Origin: an uncultured Verrucomicrobiae bacterium
GTDB lineage: Bacteria; Verrucomicrobiota; Verrucomicrobiia; Limisphaerales; Palsa-1400
DNA: 64,000 nucleotides
Direction of reading: 5' to 3'
NCBI GenBank assembly: GCA_963707025.1
Contig: CAVPOM010000005.1
Coordinates: forward strand, 448,001 to 512,000
Of the stretch, positions 49,200 to 59,482 are shown piece by piece. Position 1 is the stretch's first letter. The number at the start of each line of letters is the position of its first letter. The notes under the pieces were generated by a model, which saw only the letters and a list, made by a program, of their open reading frames with translations, did not search any database and had not been told where the DNA came from. The translations under genes and the position numbers were made by a program.

Positions 49200-49669
49200 A
49201 CGCCGATTTTGAAAAACACCTGCAAGGCCAGCCCCTGCGCGAACTCCCCCGCGACTGGCGCGCTGAAATCCTGGCCGCCGCCTCTGGCCTTCGAGACCGT
49301 GGCGACGGTGCGACGTTATTGACGGATGAGGACAAGGCAGGGCGGGCAGTCCTCTGCCCGCCGCGGCGCGCACGGAGTGCGCGCCCTGCCTCCTTAGACG
49401 GAATCTCCACCTGGCCCTCGTTACGAGGCTGGGCGGCCCTGGCCGCAGTGTGGGTTGTGATTTTCCTGCTCCACCTGACCGCAGCGGACAAACCGCGCCT
49501 GGCCGGGAATTCACCTGGAATGACGATGCGATCCTTTGCCATGTTGCACGAACAAACGCTGATGATGGCCGAGACCCTCGGCCAATCCAATCCTCACCAA
49601 CCGGCCGCCGCCGACCCGGCTCCGCCGAGACCCCGGAGCGAAATAGCGCACAGACAACTCATCGGCTGA
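49196..49669 (+). CDS. Putative anti-sigma small membrane protein with an in-frame REP insertion
   Basis: ATGA overlap with the sigma gene; FEKHLQGQPLRELPRDWRAEIL, one TM (WAALAAVWVVIFLLH). Confidence 0.7.
   Translation: MNADFEKHLQGQPLRELPRDWRAEILAAASGLRDRGDGATLLTDEDKAGRAVLCPPRRARSARPASLDGISTWPSLRGWAALAAVWVVIFLLHLTAADKPRLAGNSPGMTMRSFAMLHEQTLMMAETLGQSNPHQPAAADPAPPRPRSEIAHRQLIG
49336..49390. repeat. REP doublet inside coding sequence
   Basis: ggcagggcgggcagtcctctgcccgccgcggcgcgcacggagtgcgcgccctgcc; same family as 43204-43263. Confidence 0.8.
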
Positions 49670-49681
49670 CTTAACGATTAT

Positions 49682-51241
49682 ATGGAAACTTCCCCCACCC
49701 TCACACCGCCCGCCCGCAAAATGTCCGGCAAGCGTTTTTTTACCTGGCGCGTCATGCGCAAGGTGGTTTTTGTTTTGGCGGCATTGATCACCCTGGCCGC
49801 GCTGGTTGTTGCCGAAGAAGATTGGCGCGGTTCCCGGGCTTGGGCGAACTACAAGCGTGACATGGAAGCTAAAGGTGATCATTTCGACGTCGCCCGCTTG
49901 ATTCCGCCCAAAGTCCCCGATGACGAGAATTTTGCCATGACTCCGATTCTCGCGGCGGTTTTTACTTCGCCGCCTGGAGATGCGAGCCTGCCGCTCAAGG
50001 TCGCGACGAACAAGGTCGGTGACGGATATTTTGCCGCAGTCAACAGAGGCACAAACATTGCCCCCCCTTGGTTTGATCGTCCTGTAAAGCGCCAGCCTCG
50101 CCCTTTGGGCTGGAACTATGCGACGGCCGTGGATTTGAACGGCTGGGCGGCCGCGATCCGGGAGGCAAATCCGGCCTTGCCCGCTGCCGAAATCACCAAC
50201 CCGGTCCAGGCCGCAACTACTGTGCTGGACAACATGAAAAGCGGCGACTTCACCCTGGCGGAACTGCAATCCGCCGCCGCGCGCCGCTATTCCCGCTTTA
50301 ACATTCCTTATGAGGAATGGGACAAGCCGGAGGTAGTTGAAGCGACGATGCAACATTTTGCCATGACAAAGTGGCTGTTTAGGTATCTCACCTTGCACGC
50401 CGAAGCTGAAATGGTTTCGGGCCGCTCCGACGAGGCCCTCAAGGACCTCCATGTGATGTTCCGCCTTGACGACGGGTTGAAAGACGAACCGCTGCTCATC
50501 TCGCAGTTGGTGCGGATGGCCGCCACCACAATTATGTTGCAATCCGTCGGCGAGGGGCTGGCGGAACATCGCTGGTCTGAGGAGCAACTGCAAATCTTGC
50601 AGGACCGGCTGCAAAAGACCGATCTGCTCGCCTCAACCGTCCTGGCGTTGCGCGGGGAGCGCGACATTTGCGTCAACTTGAAGTTCGACCAAAGCTACAT
50701 GGCGCCGCGCGGCTGGAATCGTCTCGAACAATTCAACCTCAATCGTGCCTGCAATGAAACGGTTTTGCCCCGGTTAGATCTGGCGGCGAGAGAAATCAAT
50801 CCAAGCGTCAATCATTCGATGGATCTGGCTTTTCAAAAATCCTACGGCGCAAAAGGTTTCAGCGCCTTCCTTCATCATACCATCATGGCGAACTTGACGC
50901 TGCCCGCCTTCGCGCGGGTCGCAGAAAAGGCCGCACTGGCGCAAAGCGAGGTGGACATGGCCATGGTGGCGTGCGCCTTGGAACGATGCCGGCTGGCGCA
51001 AGGCCAATATCCCAAAGAACTTAATGCCCTGGTTCCCCGTTTCGCCGCCACCCTGCCCCACGACATCATCAACGGCCAGCCTCTAAAATACCGGCGGACG
51101 GAAAACGGCCGGTTCATCCTCTACTCGGTTGGCTGGAACGAAAAAGACGACGGCGGTGTGGTCGCCGCCACCAAAGACAATCCAGTTCGGCAGGACCAGT
51201 TGCAAGGCGACTGGGTGTGGCGGTACCCGGAAAAACCCTAA
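49682..51241 (+). CDS. Membrane-anchored hypothetical protein of the ECF cassette
   Basis: N-terminal TM; PPKVPDDENFA; C-terminal PHDIINGQPLKYRR...LYSVGWNEKDDGG resembling a pseudopilin-G-like tail. Confidence 0.75.
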   Translation: METSPTLTPPARKMSGKRFFTWRVMRKVVFVLAALITLAALVVAEEDWRGSRAWANYKRDMEAKGDHFDVARLIPPKVPDDENFAMTPILAAVFTSPPGDASLPLKVATNKVGDGYFAAVNRGTNIAPPWFDRPVKRQPRPLGWNYATAVDLNGWAAAIREANPALPAAEITNPVQAATTVLDNMKSGDFTLAELQSAAARRYSRFNIPYEEWDKPEVVEATMQHFAMTKWLFRYLTLHAEAEMVSGRSDEALKDLHVMFRLDDGLKDEPLLISQLVRMAATTIMLQSVGEGLAEHRWSEEQLQILQDRLQKTDLLASTVLALRGERDICVNLKFDQSYMAPRGWNRLEQFNLNRACNETVLPRLDLAAREINPSVNHSMDLAFQKSYGAKGFSAFLHHTIMANLTLPAFARVAEKAALAQSEVDMAMVACALERCRLAQGQYPKELNALVPRFAATLPHDIINGQPLKYRRTENGRFILYSVGWNEKDDGGVVAATKDNPVRQDQLQGDWVWRYPEKP

Positions 51242-51732
51242 GCCGGCTCCGGCCCGTCATAAGCTCCGAGCAGGACCATTTGGAAAAAGCCGCTCAGTTC
51301 CAGGGCCGACATGGCGCGCGTCTGCTCCACGGTCAGTTTCCCCAGGGGCACCGGTTCCAGTTCGGGCAGGCCCAGCTTCACCCAACAGCCCACGCGCACG
51401 TCGTTCAACACCTGCAGCAGCCACTCCATCTGCTCGGCCGTGAGGGTGAAGCGAAATTGGCCCGGCGCTTCCAGCCGGAAACGGCCGGGGGTGGCAAAGA
51501 ACTTTTCGAGTTTGCCGATATGTTCGCAGCGGCGCTGCGCCATCGCTTCTTCCAGCAATTGTTGTTCGGCTTTGATTTCTTCGGCGGCGCCCTGGGTGAT
51601 CTGGTGATAGCCCGAATCCAGTTGCGGATAGAACTTCAGGATGCCCAGCAGCCATTCCAACTCCTGCTTGCTGATCTGGAAAACAAAGGCGGCGGGACCA
51701 TTGCCGCTTTTTTGGGAACGAATGAATTTCAT
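51238..51732 (-). CDS. DUF2017-like protein
   Basis: WLLQVLNDVRV motif; ATGA-coupled downstream of clpS. Confidence 0.6.
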   Translation of the reverse strand: MKFIRSQKSGNGPAAFVFQISKQELEWLLGILKFYPQLDSGYHQITQGAAEEIKAEQQLLEEAMAQRRCEHIGKLEKFFATPGRFRLEAPGQFRFTLTAEQMEWLLQVLNDVRVGCWVKLGLPELEPVPLGKLTVEQTRAMSALELSGFFQMVLLGAYDGPEPA

Positions 51733-52037
51733 TCCTCGCGTTCCATGGTGGCCTGCAGGCCGTAGCCTTGCAATTGATGAACGTAATGCTCGGCCTTTTC
51801 AAAAGTCTCGCGCGCCAGCAAACTTTTGCCCGCCTGATGGACCTGCATCATGTGCCGCTCCGCCCGCGCCTTGGGCCAGCCGAAGACAATTTGAAAAACG
51901 TGTGTCACATAGACCATTAAGTTGACAGGATCATTCCAGCAAATCACCACGTAACCCCGGTCCCGCAGTTCGCGAGGCTCGGTTTTCTCTTTCTTCCCCG
52001 TTTTGGGCGGAGCGATGGGCGCAGCCGACTGAGACAT
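51729..52037 (-). CDS. clpS: ATP-dependent Clp protease adaptor ClpS
   Basis: VICWNDPVNLMVYVTHVF...MMQVHQAGKS...GLQATME. Confidence 0.92.
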   Translation of the reverse strand: MSQSAAPIAPPKTGKKEKTEPRELRDRGYVVICWNDPVNLMVYVTHVFQIVFGWPKARAERHMMQVHQAGKSLLARETFEKAEHYVHQLQGYGLQATMEREE

Positions 52038-52159
52038 GCCCGCAATATACCAACGATCCGGCTCTTGCGCCAGCCGGGAAAAACGGGGCGAATGGAAATG
52101 GAGAAATAACTTGAATTTAACGGCCGGCGGGGCGTCCATAAGAATATACGGAACACATT

Positions 52160-52612
52160 ATGAAAAAACTATTTCTCGCCTTGCTTGGAATCGCCGGAGC
52201 CAGCCTCGCGGCTCAAGCCCAGTCGGAGGGCATTTCCTTCTACCTGCAACCGGACAACAGCCCCATCATTGTGGGAGGCGCTGCGCCAGTCTATGCTCAA
52301 CCTGTTTATACCCAGCAAATTGCATACGAAACACCAGTCCAGTACAACGCACCGGTGCAATACGTTGCGCCAGTCCAGTACAATGCGCCGGTCCAGTACA
52401 ATGCGCCGGCGCAATACAACGCGCCGGTCCAATACAATGCTCCGGTCATACAGAACGCGCCGGTGTATTACACCACTGACCCCTGCCAGGCAGAACCGGT
52501 CTATTCCGCTCCGACGGATTGCGTTGATTACTCATATTCGACCGTCCAAGTCATTCGCTTTGGCGGAGCCCAGGCGCGCCAGCAGGGCTACAGCTTCGGT
52601 GCGGGGCGTTGA
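52160..52612 (+). CDS. Secreted protein with PVQYNA hexapeptide repeats
   Basis: Signal peptide; about 7-8 copies of an 18-bp unit at 52334-52470. Confidence 0.8.
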   Translation: MKKLFLALLGIAGASLAAQAQSEGISFYLQPDNSPIIVGGAAPVYAQPVYTQQIAYETPVQYNAPVQYVAPVQYNAPVQYNAPAQYNAPVQYNAPVIQNAPVYYTTDPCQAEPVYSAPTDCVDYSYSTVQVIRFGGAQARQQGYSFGAGR

Positions 52613-52635
52613 GCCATTTGGCGAGTTCTCAGGGC

Positions 52636-55600
52636 TTAAATCGAATTCAGCCATTTCCAAACCCGCAATGCTTCCAGCACGCTCCACGCCTGGGCGTCGC
52701 AACCGCGCGGTTGATGAGGAGCGTCGCCATCCAGGATTTCCGGCAACTGGCCCAGGCAACCACCCATCATAAGACTGTCCATGCCGGCGAGATAGGCTTT
52801 GGCGGCGGCGACAGCGGCCGGCGATAAATCCCAGGCCCGCGCCAGCGCTTCACAGGCCCCAGGAAGCGTCCAGACCCAGGCGGTGCCATTGTGATAGGCC
52901 GGTTTGCGCCGGGTGTCCTCGTCTCCTTCGTAACGGCCCTGATACGGTTCGCGCGGCTCGCCCAGAAGCTGGCCGTCGGGCAGGCGAATCTCCAGCGGCG
53001 GCCAGACGGGCAGCGGTGCCAGCGTGCGAAGCGCCCCCGGCACAAACAAAAAGCGCAAAGCCGCCGCCACCGCCCGGCGCGCCGGCGCCCCCGTGACAAA
53101 ACCAAAGGCAATGGCCGGCAAATAATTGCTGCGCAGGGCGTTGTCCGGAACCGCGGCGGCGGCGGATTGCCCGAGTTTGGCGATCAGCAGGTCGGCCAGG
53201 TAGCCAGGCTCCTCCAGCCAGAAGAACTTCTTCAAGGATTCCTCCGCGCGATCCGCCAAAACGCGCCAGGCTTCACCGGCAGGCTTGGCGCCGAGGCGTT
53301 CGAGTTGGCGCAAAAGGCGGATCCACAGGACCTGGATTTCCACCGGATAACCTTCGCGCGGCGTGCAGGCGGGGAAATTGGTGTCCATCCAGGTGAAATG
53401 GGGCGGACTCCAGATCAGGGCCGAGGCGGGGTCCATGCGGATGCCGTTGGCGGTCCCGCGCGCGTAATCGCCGCCGATTTCCGCGAGCACGTCCGCAATG
53501 GCGCGGCCGTTCGGGCCAGGCGCGCCTGTCATATATAGTCTTATCCAGTTGCGCCGTCTCCTCGCACACCACTCCATACCACAACGGCGCATCGGAAGTG
53601 TCGCGATCGGAGGCGTCTTCACCGTGGATGGTATTGGGCAGCAGGCCGCCGGAGCAGAAACGGCCGAAGGTCATGAGCAAATCCTCGACTTCGGAGACCA
53701 TGCCCGCCGCCAGCAAGCCGCGCGCGCTGATCAACGAATCGCGGCCCCAATCCAGAAACCACGGGTAGCCGGCGATGATGGTGCGTCCCGCGCCGCGGCG
53801 AACCACGTAAGCGCGCGAGGCCAGGGTCAGTTGCCGTCCGAAGGCGTCGTCCTCCGGCCATCGCGCCTGGCGCAAGGCCAGTGAGTCGGCGGCCTGGCGG
53901 GTGGCGGCAGAGGCCGCCACCAGTTCCAACGCGGGCGGCGGAATGTCCGCGGAGAGAACCACGGACACGCTTTTGCCCTGGGTCAAAGGCAGGTCGAACC
54001 AGCCGGGGCTGTAGGCGTCGCCATCGGGGACTTGCGCGCGGCTTTGTTCCACCGGGTGCGGGATGCCCTGGCACCATTCGGGCTGGGGATGGTAAAGGCC
54101 GGTGTTGCTGAAGACGCGTAATTGCCGGTCCGGCGCGGGCGTGAAAGCGAAGCCAGGGCGGTCAGGCAGTTCGCGGCAATTTTGGGTGAAATGAAATTCG
54201 GCGCCGCCGTTGCGGTGGGTTTCGCCGTGAAAACCGCGGTCTTCAATATCCGCCCGCACCGTCAGGCGCACATCAAATTGCGGCGGCAAATCGGCCGGCC
54301 TGGTGCCGGGCCTCCGGGCGAAGGTGAACAGGGTGGTGTTCCAGTTTTCCAGCATGCCGGCCGTGAGCTGGATTTCCACCGTCCTCCCGTCGCCCGCCTC
54401 CGCCACAAAATCCCACACCGCCGGCTGGCCGGTCTGGAACGAGGCCAGATTTTGCAGATTCAGCGCGGTAATAAATCCGTCGGCGGAAACCCAGACACGA
54501 ATGCGCTTGACCAGAACGTGACGATCCACGGGGAATTCCGGGTGGAGATTGGCTCCGAGGGCGCAGTCATATTTTGAATTGATGCTGCCCAGATCAACGC
54601 AAAGGCGCGCCATGCCGCCCCGGCCATTGGTCAGCAACACCAGCGACGAGGGCGGCGGCTTGGCCAGCACGGTGGCGATGGCGGGCGTGGCCGCCAAAAA
54701 GCGGACGGCGGCCTTCACCCGTTCCGTGGTCAGGCCGTGCCGCTCCAGGTCCAGCTCCGCGTCCGCGGCGGCGCCGGCCGGTTGCGGGGCAAAACAGGCC
54801 GCGAAGCCGTCCCGCACTTCGATCGCTTCGACGTGTCGTTGCCATCCGCCGCATTCCAACGTGGCGCGGAAGCGGCGCGGATCGTGCAGCAGCAGCCAAT
54901 GGCCGGGCGGCACCGGGGTGACGCGGCGGACGTCAATCAAACTCCAGTCCACCACCTGCGGGAATTTCCCTTTGGCCTCGTCCAGCGCGCCGCACAAATC
55001 AGCGCGCGCTTGGACGCGGTTGATATGAGGAAGCGCCGCCAGAAAATCGCGCGGGCCGGCATGGACGCGGGCGGCCAGGGCGCGCCAATCGCACGGCCCG
55101 ATTTCTTCGGGCAACAGCACCTTGCTCAACGCGGCAATGGCCCACGCGGATTGGGCGCGGGCGCGCCGGTATTCCTCCCCGGCCAGGCCCTGGGGTTTGG
55201 GAGTCGAAGCCAGGCAAAAAGCCGCGCCCGGTTCCAAGTCAAAAATGATATTCGCGCCGGCCGTTTTGCCTTGCGGCGCCTTCTGGCCGAGCAAATCATA
55301 TTGCGGCGGGCCAAGGCCGGCGCATTGGTCGCCATCCAGGGCCAGTGTCCGGCTCTGGCGCTCGTCCATGTTCACCAGCGTCAGCACATGATCCAGTCCC
55401 TCGGCGGAATCGCGCCGCAGGGCATAGACCGGCGAATCGTCCTGGCTCAAGCGGGTGAGAACGGCGCCATCGAAGAAGCAGGGATGCCCGGCCAGCAGGT
55501 GATTGAGTTGCGCCAGTTCGGCCAGCAAATTGTCCGGGTTGCCCCAGGACAGGCCGCGGCTGGAGTGAACATTGATTCTTTCCGTCGCCAGCCACTCCAC

Positions 55601-56950
55601 GCCGCTGGTGAAGCCAAACCCGCCGCTCACGCTGGTCAGCGCGCACAAGCGGTTGCGCATGAGCGACCAGACGCGCCCGCTGCCGGCCAGACGGTCGTTG
55701 TCGTGGGTCTCGCTGTAGTTGATGTAGAGGCCGAGCCGGGCGCTTTGGCGATGGGAGTAATCCAGGTAGCGGGCCACGCTGGGGCCGCCGAAATTCTGGA
55801 AAAGTTCCGAGTAGGCCCATTGCATCCCCCCTTCGGTGAGGAGCGATTCGGTGGCCGCCCACGGGCCGCCCAGACCTTCGAGCAGAAAAACCGTTTGCGG
55901 GAATTCCTGGCGCACCCGGGCCTCGATGTATTGCCAGATGCGCACCGGCACCTTGTAGCCGGCGTCGCAGCGAAAACCATCCGCGCCCCGGCGGCACCAG
56001 GTCAAAAAGGCGCGGGCCACTTCCTCCCACAAGGCGACGTAATTGGGGTCCAACTCCACCAAGTCTTCCCACGTCACCCCCCAGGCGCCCGGGCTGGCGA
56101 AACGGCCATCCGCCCGATGGACAAACCACTCCGGATGATTCTCAAATAACGCCGAGCCCCAGCCGGTATGGTTGATCACCATGTCAAGAAGTATCCGCCC
56201 GCCCCGGCGATGCACCGCGTCGGTCAGCTCGCAGAATTGGCCAATCCCGGTCGTCCGCTGATCGAATTCCACCAGCGCCGGATCAATGGCGGTCAGGTCC
56301 AGGCAGGCGTAGGGACTGCCAAAGCGCCCGAAGCGTGCGAAGGTGGTGGGCACGGGATTGACCGGGAGCAATTGCAAAATCCGGCAGCCCAAAGTGTCGA
56401 AGATGTGCGGCAATTCGCCGATCAAGCCCCGCAATTTTCCGGAAGGCGGAATGACCGTGTAACCGCGTCCGTCCAATTTCTGCAACTGCTTATCCCAGGC
56501 CGGGTCCTGGGTGGCGCGGGCGCGCTTGGATTCGCCAAACAGGCGCGGGAAGGCGCAATAAATCGTGTTGGCCGTGCGATAATCGCTGGGATGGACGGAA
56601 ACTCCGGCGTCGGCCCCGTCGGGCCAGACTTGCCGCCCTTCCGCCGTGACCATGTAAGCTTTGGCGCGATAAAAGCCGACATCGGTCAGCGGCATTTCCA
56701 CGGCCCATTCGCCGCTGGGCAGGGGCTGAAGGGGAACATCGCGCCAGAAGGCGATGGAGAACGGATTTTTGCCGGCGTGGGTGGCGATGACTTCCTGGCG
56801 CAGGCGGCCGGCCTTGCCGAGGTTGGTGCGGAGGAGGGCGCGCGCCCCTGTGGCCAGCGCCGGGGGCAGGCGCAGGCTGAAGCGCACGCGGTCTCCGACA
56901 AAGCGGAGCAGGCGTTCGCCCGGCGCGGGACTCATGATCAGGCCGTCCAT
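52636..56950 (-). CDS. Glycogen debranching enzyme (GH13 domain plus amylo-alpha-1,6-glucosidase); frameshift near 53519
   Basis: GSPYA, DMVINHT, DGFRCDAG, THDN; LTNGRGG; AGYPWFLDWGRD; second frame TWMD, PVEIQ, YHNGTAW, GCDAQAWS. Confidence 0.88.
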
Positions 56951-56952
56951 GG

Positions 56953-56995
56953 AAATGCAAAAGGCAAAGTGAAGAATGAAGAATGAAGAATAAAA
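56953..56995. repeat. Heptamer tandem repeat (GAAGAAT-like)
   Basis: aaatgcaaaaggcaaagtgaagaatgaagaatgaagaataaaat. Confidence 0.7.
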
Positions 56996-57124
56996 TGACA
57001 AGCGATAGATTGGCCTGGAATGGCGTGATTTTGATTTCGCCATTTCGGGCTTGCAATTGGCCTGGGGTTGGATACTTTTCCCTGCTCCGCTCCCTGAAAG
57101 AGCGGGATGGACAAAAAAAGAATT

Positions 57125-57682
57125 ATGGCCTCAGCAAACGATTTACGCAAGGGCATGGCCCTCAATTATAACGGCGACATCTCGGTGGTGCTGGACACGC
57201 AGCACCGCACGCCGGGGAATTTGCGCGCCTTCGTCCAGGCCTCCCTGCGCAGCATCCGCACGGGCAAAACCTCCGACGTGCGCTTCAGTTCCACGGAAAA
57301 AATCGAGGTGGTGCCGATGATGACGCGGAAGATGGATTTCAGTTACAAGGACGGCGAGGATTTTGTTTTCTCCGATCCGGAAACTTACGAGACGACCACG
57401 CTGGTGGCCGAGTTGATCGGCGAAGCGAAGAATTATCTGGTGGAGAACGGCAGCGTGACGGTGACGTTTGTGGAGGACAAGGCCGTCGCCGTCGAACTGC
57501 CCTCCAGCGTGGTTCTGAAGGTGGCGGATGCGCCGGAAGGGATTCGGGGCGATTCGTCCAACAACGTGCAAAAGGCCATTGTCCTGGAAACCGGCATCAC
57601 GGTGAATGCGCCGCTGTTCATCAAGACCGGGGAGAGAATCAAGGTGGATACGCGCACGGGGAAGTACATGGAACGAGCGTGA
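57125..57682 (+). CDS. efp: Translation elongation factor P
   Basis: ASANDLRKG, HRTPGNLRAFVQ, LETG...PLFI..GE.IKVDTRTGKY..RA. Confidence 0.95.
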   Translation: MASANDLRKGMALNYNGDISVVLDTQHRTPGNLRAFVQASLRSIRTGKTSDVRFSSTEKIEVVPMMTRKMDFSYKDGEDFVFSDPETYETTTLVAELIGEAKNYLVENGSVTVTFVEDKAVAVELPSSVVLKVADAPEGIRGDSSNNVQKAIVLETGITVNAPLFIKTGERIKVDTRTGKYMERA

Positions 57683-57750
57683 ATTTAGAATGGTGAATGC
57701 TGAATAGTGAATTCAGAAATTCGCCATTCTCAATTCACAATTCACTATTC
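57680..57750. repeat. Inverted heptamer repeat arrays (GTGAAT../..ATTCAC) between convergent efp and PfkB genes; possible bidirectional terminator
   Basis: gtgaatttagaatggtgaatgctgaatagtgaatt...cattctcaattcacaattcactattc. Confidence 0.6.
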
Positions 57751-58781
57751 TCGGCTCGGTGGCCGAATTTGCGCGAGAGCTTGAGGGCGGCGGGGAGTGA
57801 CTTCACCCCAGCGGAGCCAACCGGCTCCATCCGGGCCGCGCCCGCGGCGCAGACGGCTGTCAACAAACATCGCGGCAAATCCCAGCCTTCGTGCAAACCC
57901 AGCAGCACCGCCGCCGCAAAAGCATCCCCGGCACCGCCCGCGCCGGTGATTCGTGGCGAGGGCAGGTTGAGGGAGGGCTGCCAGACATCTCCGCCTTTGC
58001 GCGGGCGCATGAAACCCCCTTCGGGAAAGTGCAGAATCACCAGTTCGCGCACGCCCGCCTGCAACAGCGCCCCGGCGGCGTGACGCAAGGAAACGGGATT
58101 GATCCGCCCATTGGCCTCGCGAATCTGGAAGCCGGCGGCGCGGCCCGCCTCGATCTCATCGAGAATGCAATAGTCGGCGAATTTGAGGGCGGGCAGGATG
58201 GACCGTGCCCCGGCGCCGCCGGGTTCGCTGACGGCGGCGACGCTGGTTTTGAGGCCGGCCTGCCGGGCAGCGTGCAGGAGGACGGCGGACTTGGCGCCAA
58301 ACCTGGCGTCGGGCGCATCCAGGGCGTCGAGGCGCAAGAGGCTGCCCAGATGAAAGAGGCGCGCCTTGCTGCGGGTGAAATTCAGCCCCGCGCCGTGCCA
58401 CAAGGCATTGGCACCGCGCTGATGAAAGGAGGTGCGCACTCCGGTTCCCTGCTCCAGCATGACGACGGTGGAAGCGGTTGGCGACAGCGCGGTGGATCCA
58501 AGCCAGCGAGCGTCAATGTGGAGGCGCCTGCAATCGTCGAGGATGAGGCGGCCCGCGGCGTCCCGGCCGAGCAGGCCCGCGCCCGCCAATGGAAAGGGGG
58601 CCTTCCAGCGCGCCAGATTGGCCAGGACGTTGAAAGAGGACCCGGCGGCGGCCGTGTCTTGGCGCTGGATGTCCGCGCCCTGGCCGCGTGGCGGATAAGA
58701 GAGGATCAGGCTGGCGTGCTCGACGATCCAATCACCCGCCGCGAGAATCCCACAACGGGAGGAAAGCTGGCTCTTCTTCAT
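57735..58781 (-). CDS. PfkB-family carbohydrate kinase
   Basis: GLLGRD, RTSFHQRGANA, C-terminal GAGDAFAA signature. Confidence 0.8.
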   Translation of the reverse strand: MKKSQLSSRCGILAAGDWIVEHASLILSYPPRGQGADIQRQDTAAAGSSFNVLANLARWKAPFPLAGAGLLGRDAAGRLILDDCRRLHIDARWLGSTALSPTASTVVMLEQGTGVRTSFHQRGANALWHGAGLNFTRSKARLFHLGSLLRLDALDAPDARFGAKSAVLLHAARQAGLKTSVAAVSEPGGAGARSILPALKFADYCILDEIEAGRAAGFQIREANGRINPVSLRHAAGALLQAGVRELVILHFPEGGFMRPRKGGDVWQPSLNLPSPRITGAGGAGDAFAAAVLLGLHEGWDLPRCLLTAVCAAGAARMEPVGSAGVKSLPAALKLSRKFGHRAENSEL

Positions 58782-58857
58782 AGTGGCGGCTGGCGCGAGT
58801 GTAAGGCGTGAGGGTGGGAATAGAAAGTCTAAAATTGCGACCGGATCGGGGCGAATC

Positions 58858-58886
58858 TTGACAGAGCGAAATGGCCGGGATAGATT
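58858..58886 (+). promoter_or_regulatory. Sigma70 promoter
   Basis: TTGACA-N17-TAGATT upstream of ATG 58907. Confidence 0.6.
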
Positions 58887-58906
58887 TGAGTCAGCCATTC
58901 GCAAAT

Positions 58907-59263
58907 ATGCCGTCTGCCAATAACAACGATCACTATCAGTGGGTGAAGTTCCTGGAGCATTGGGGATTGTTTCTGACGATGCTGGCTGTCGTTCTTTTCG
59001 CTTCGCTCTCCCTGTCCATTTTGAGTTTCTTTAAGACGTTGCATGCACCGGCTTGGTTACTTCTCCTCGGCGTGAGTTTCGCGTTCATTCTTTCGGGCGC
59101 GGCGCTCATCACATGGGCCAAACTCCCGGCTTATCGAAGCGGGCGTTTCTTCACTTTTGGGGTCAAGTCAGTCCCCGGCGATCTTGCAAGGCATTACAAA
59201 TGGGGCTGGCGTTTGTTTCTGTTCGGTGTCGCCCTGTCCCTTGGTCTGCTGCTCTCGACGTAG
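58907..59263 (+). CDS. Small three-TM hypothetical protein
   Basis: Three hydrophobic segments; lower GC than neighbours. Confidence 0.65.
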   Translation: MPSANNNDHYQWVKFLEHWGLFLTMLAVVLFASLSLSILSFFKTLHAPAWLLLLGVSFAFILSGAALITWAKLPAYRSGRFFTFGVKSVPGDLARHYKWGWRLFLFGVALSLGLLLST

Positions 59264-59347
59264 GAACCACTCGGGGGCATCTTGATACTACCACCATTCA
59301 TGGCATGAACGCCGGCCCATGAAACAGATGGAAACCTCCTCACCCCG

Positions 59348-59381
59348 TCCCTCTCCTCCACAAGTGTGTGGAGGAGAGGGA
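59348..59381. repeat. Palindrome with a 14-bp stem
   Basis: tccctctcctccac-aagtgt-gtggaggagaggga. Confidence 0.75.
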
Positions 59382-59482
59382 GAAGAAGCGCGCGGCGCTG
59401 GTGCCAAGATGCGCCCGAACCACTCTGAGTGCCGCGTTTTGGATTTACGGCTGCAAGGAAGAAGAGGAAGCTGGAATAATTT

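Noticed and set aside
53500..53540. Programmed ribosomal frameshifting at the broken genes
   Set aside because: No slippery X-XXY-YYZ heptamer or long homopolymer at any of the four sites
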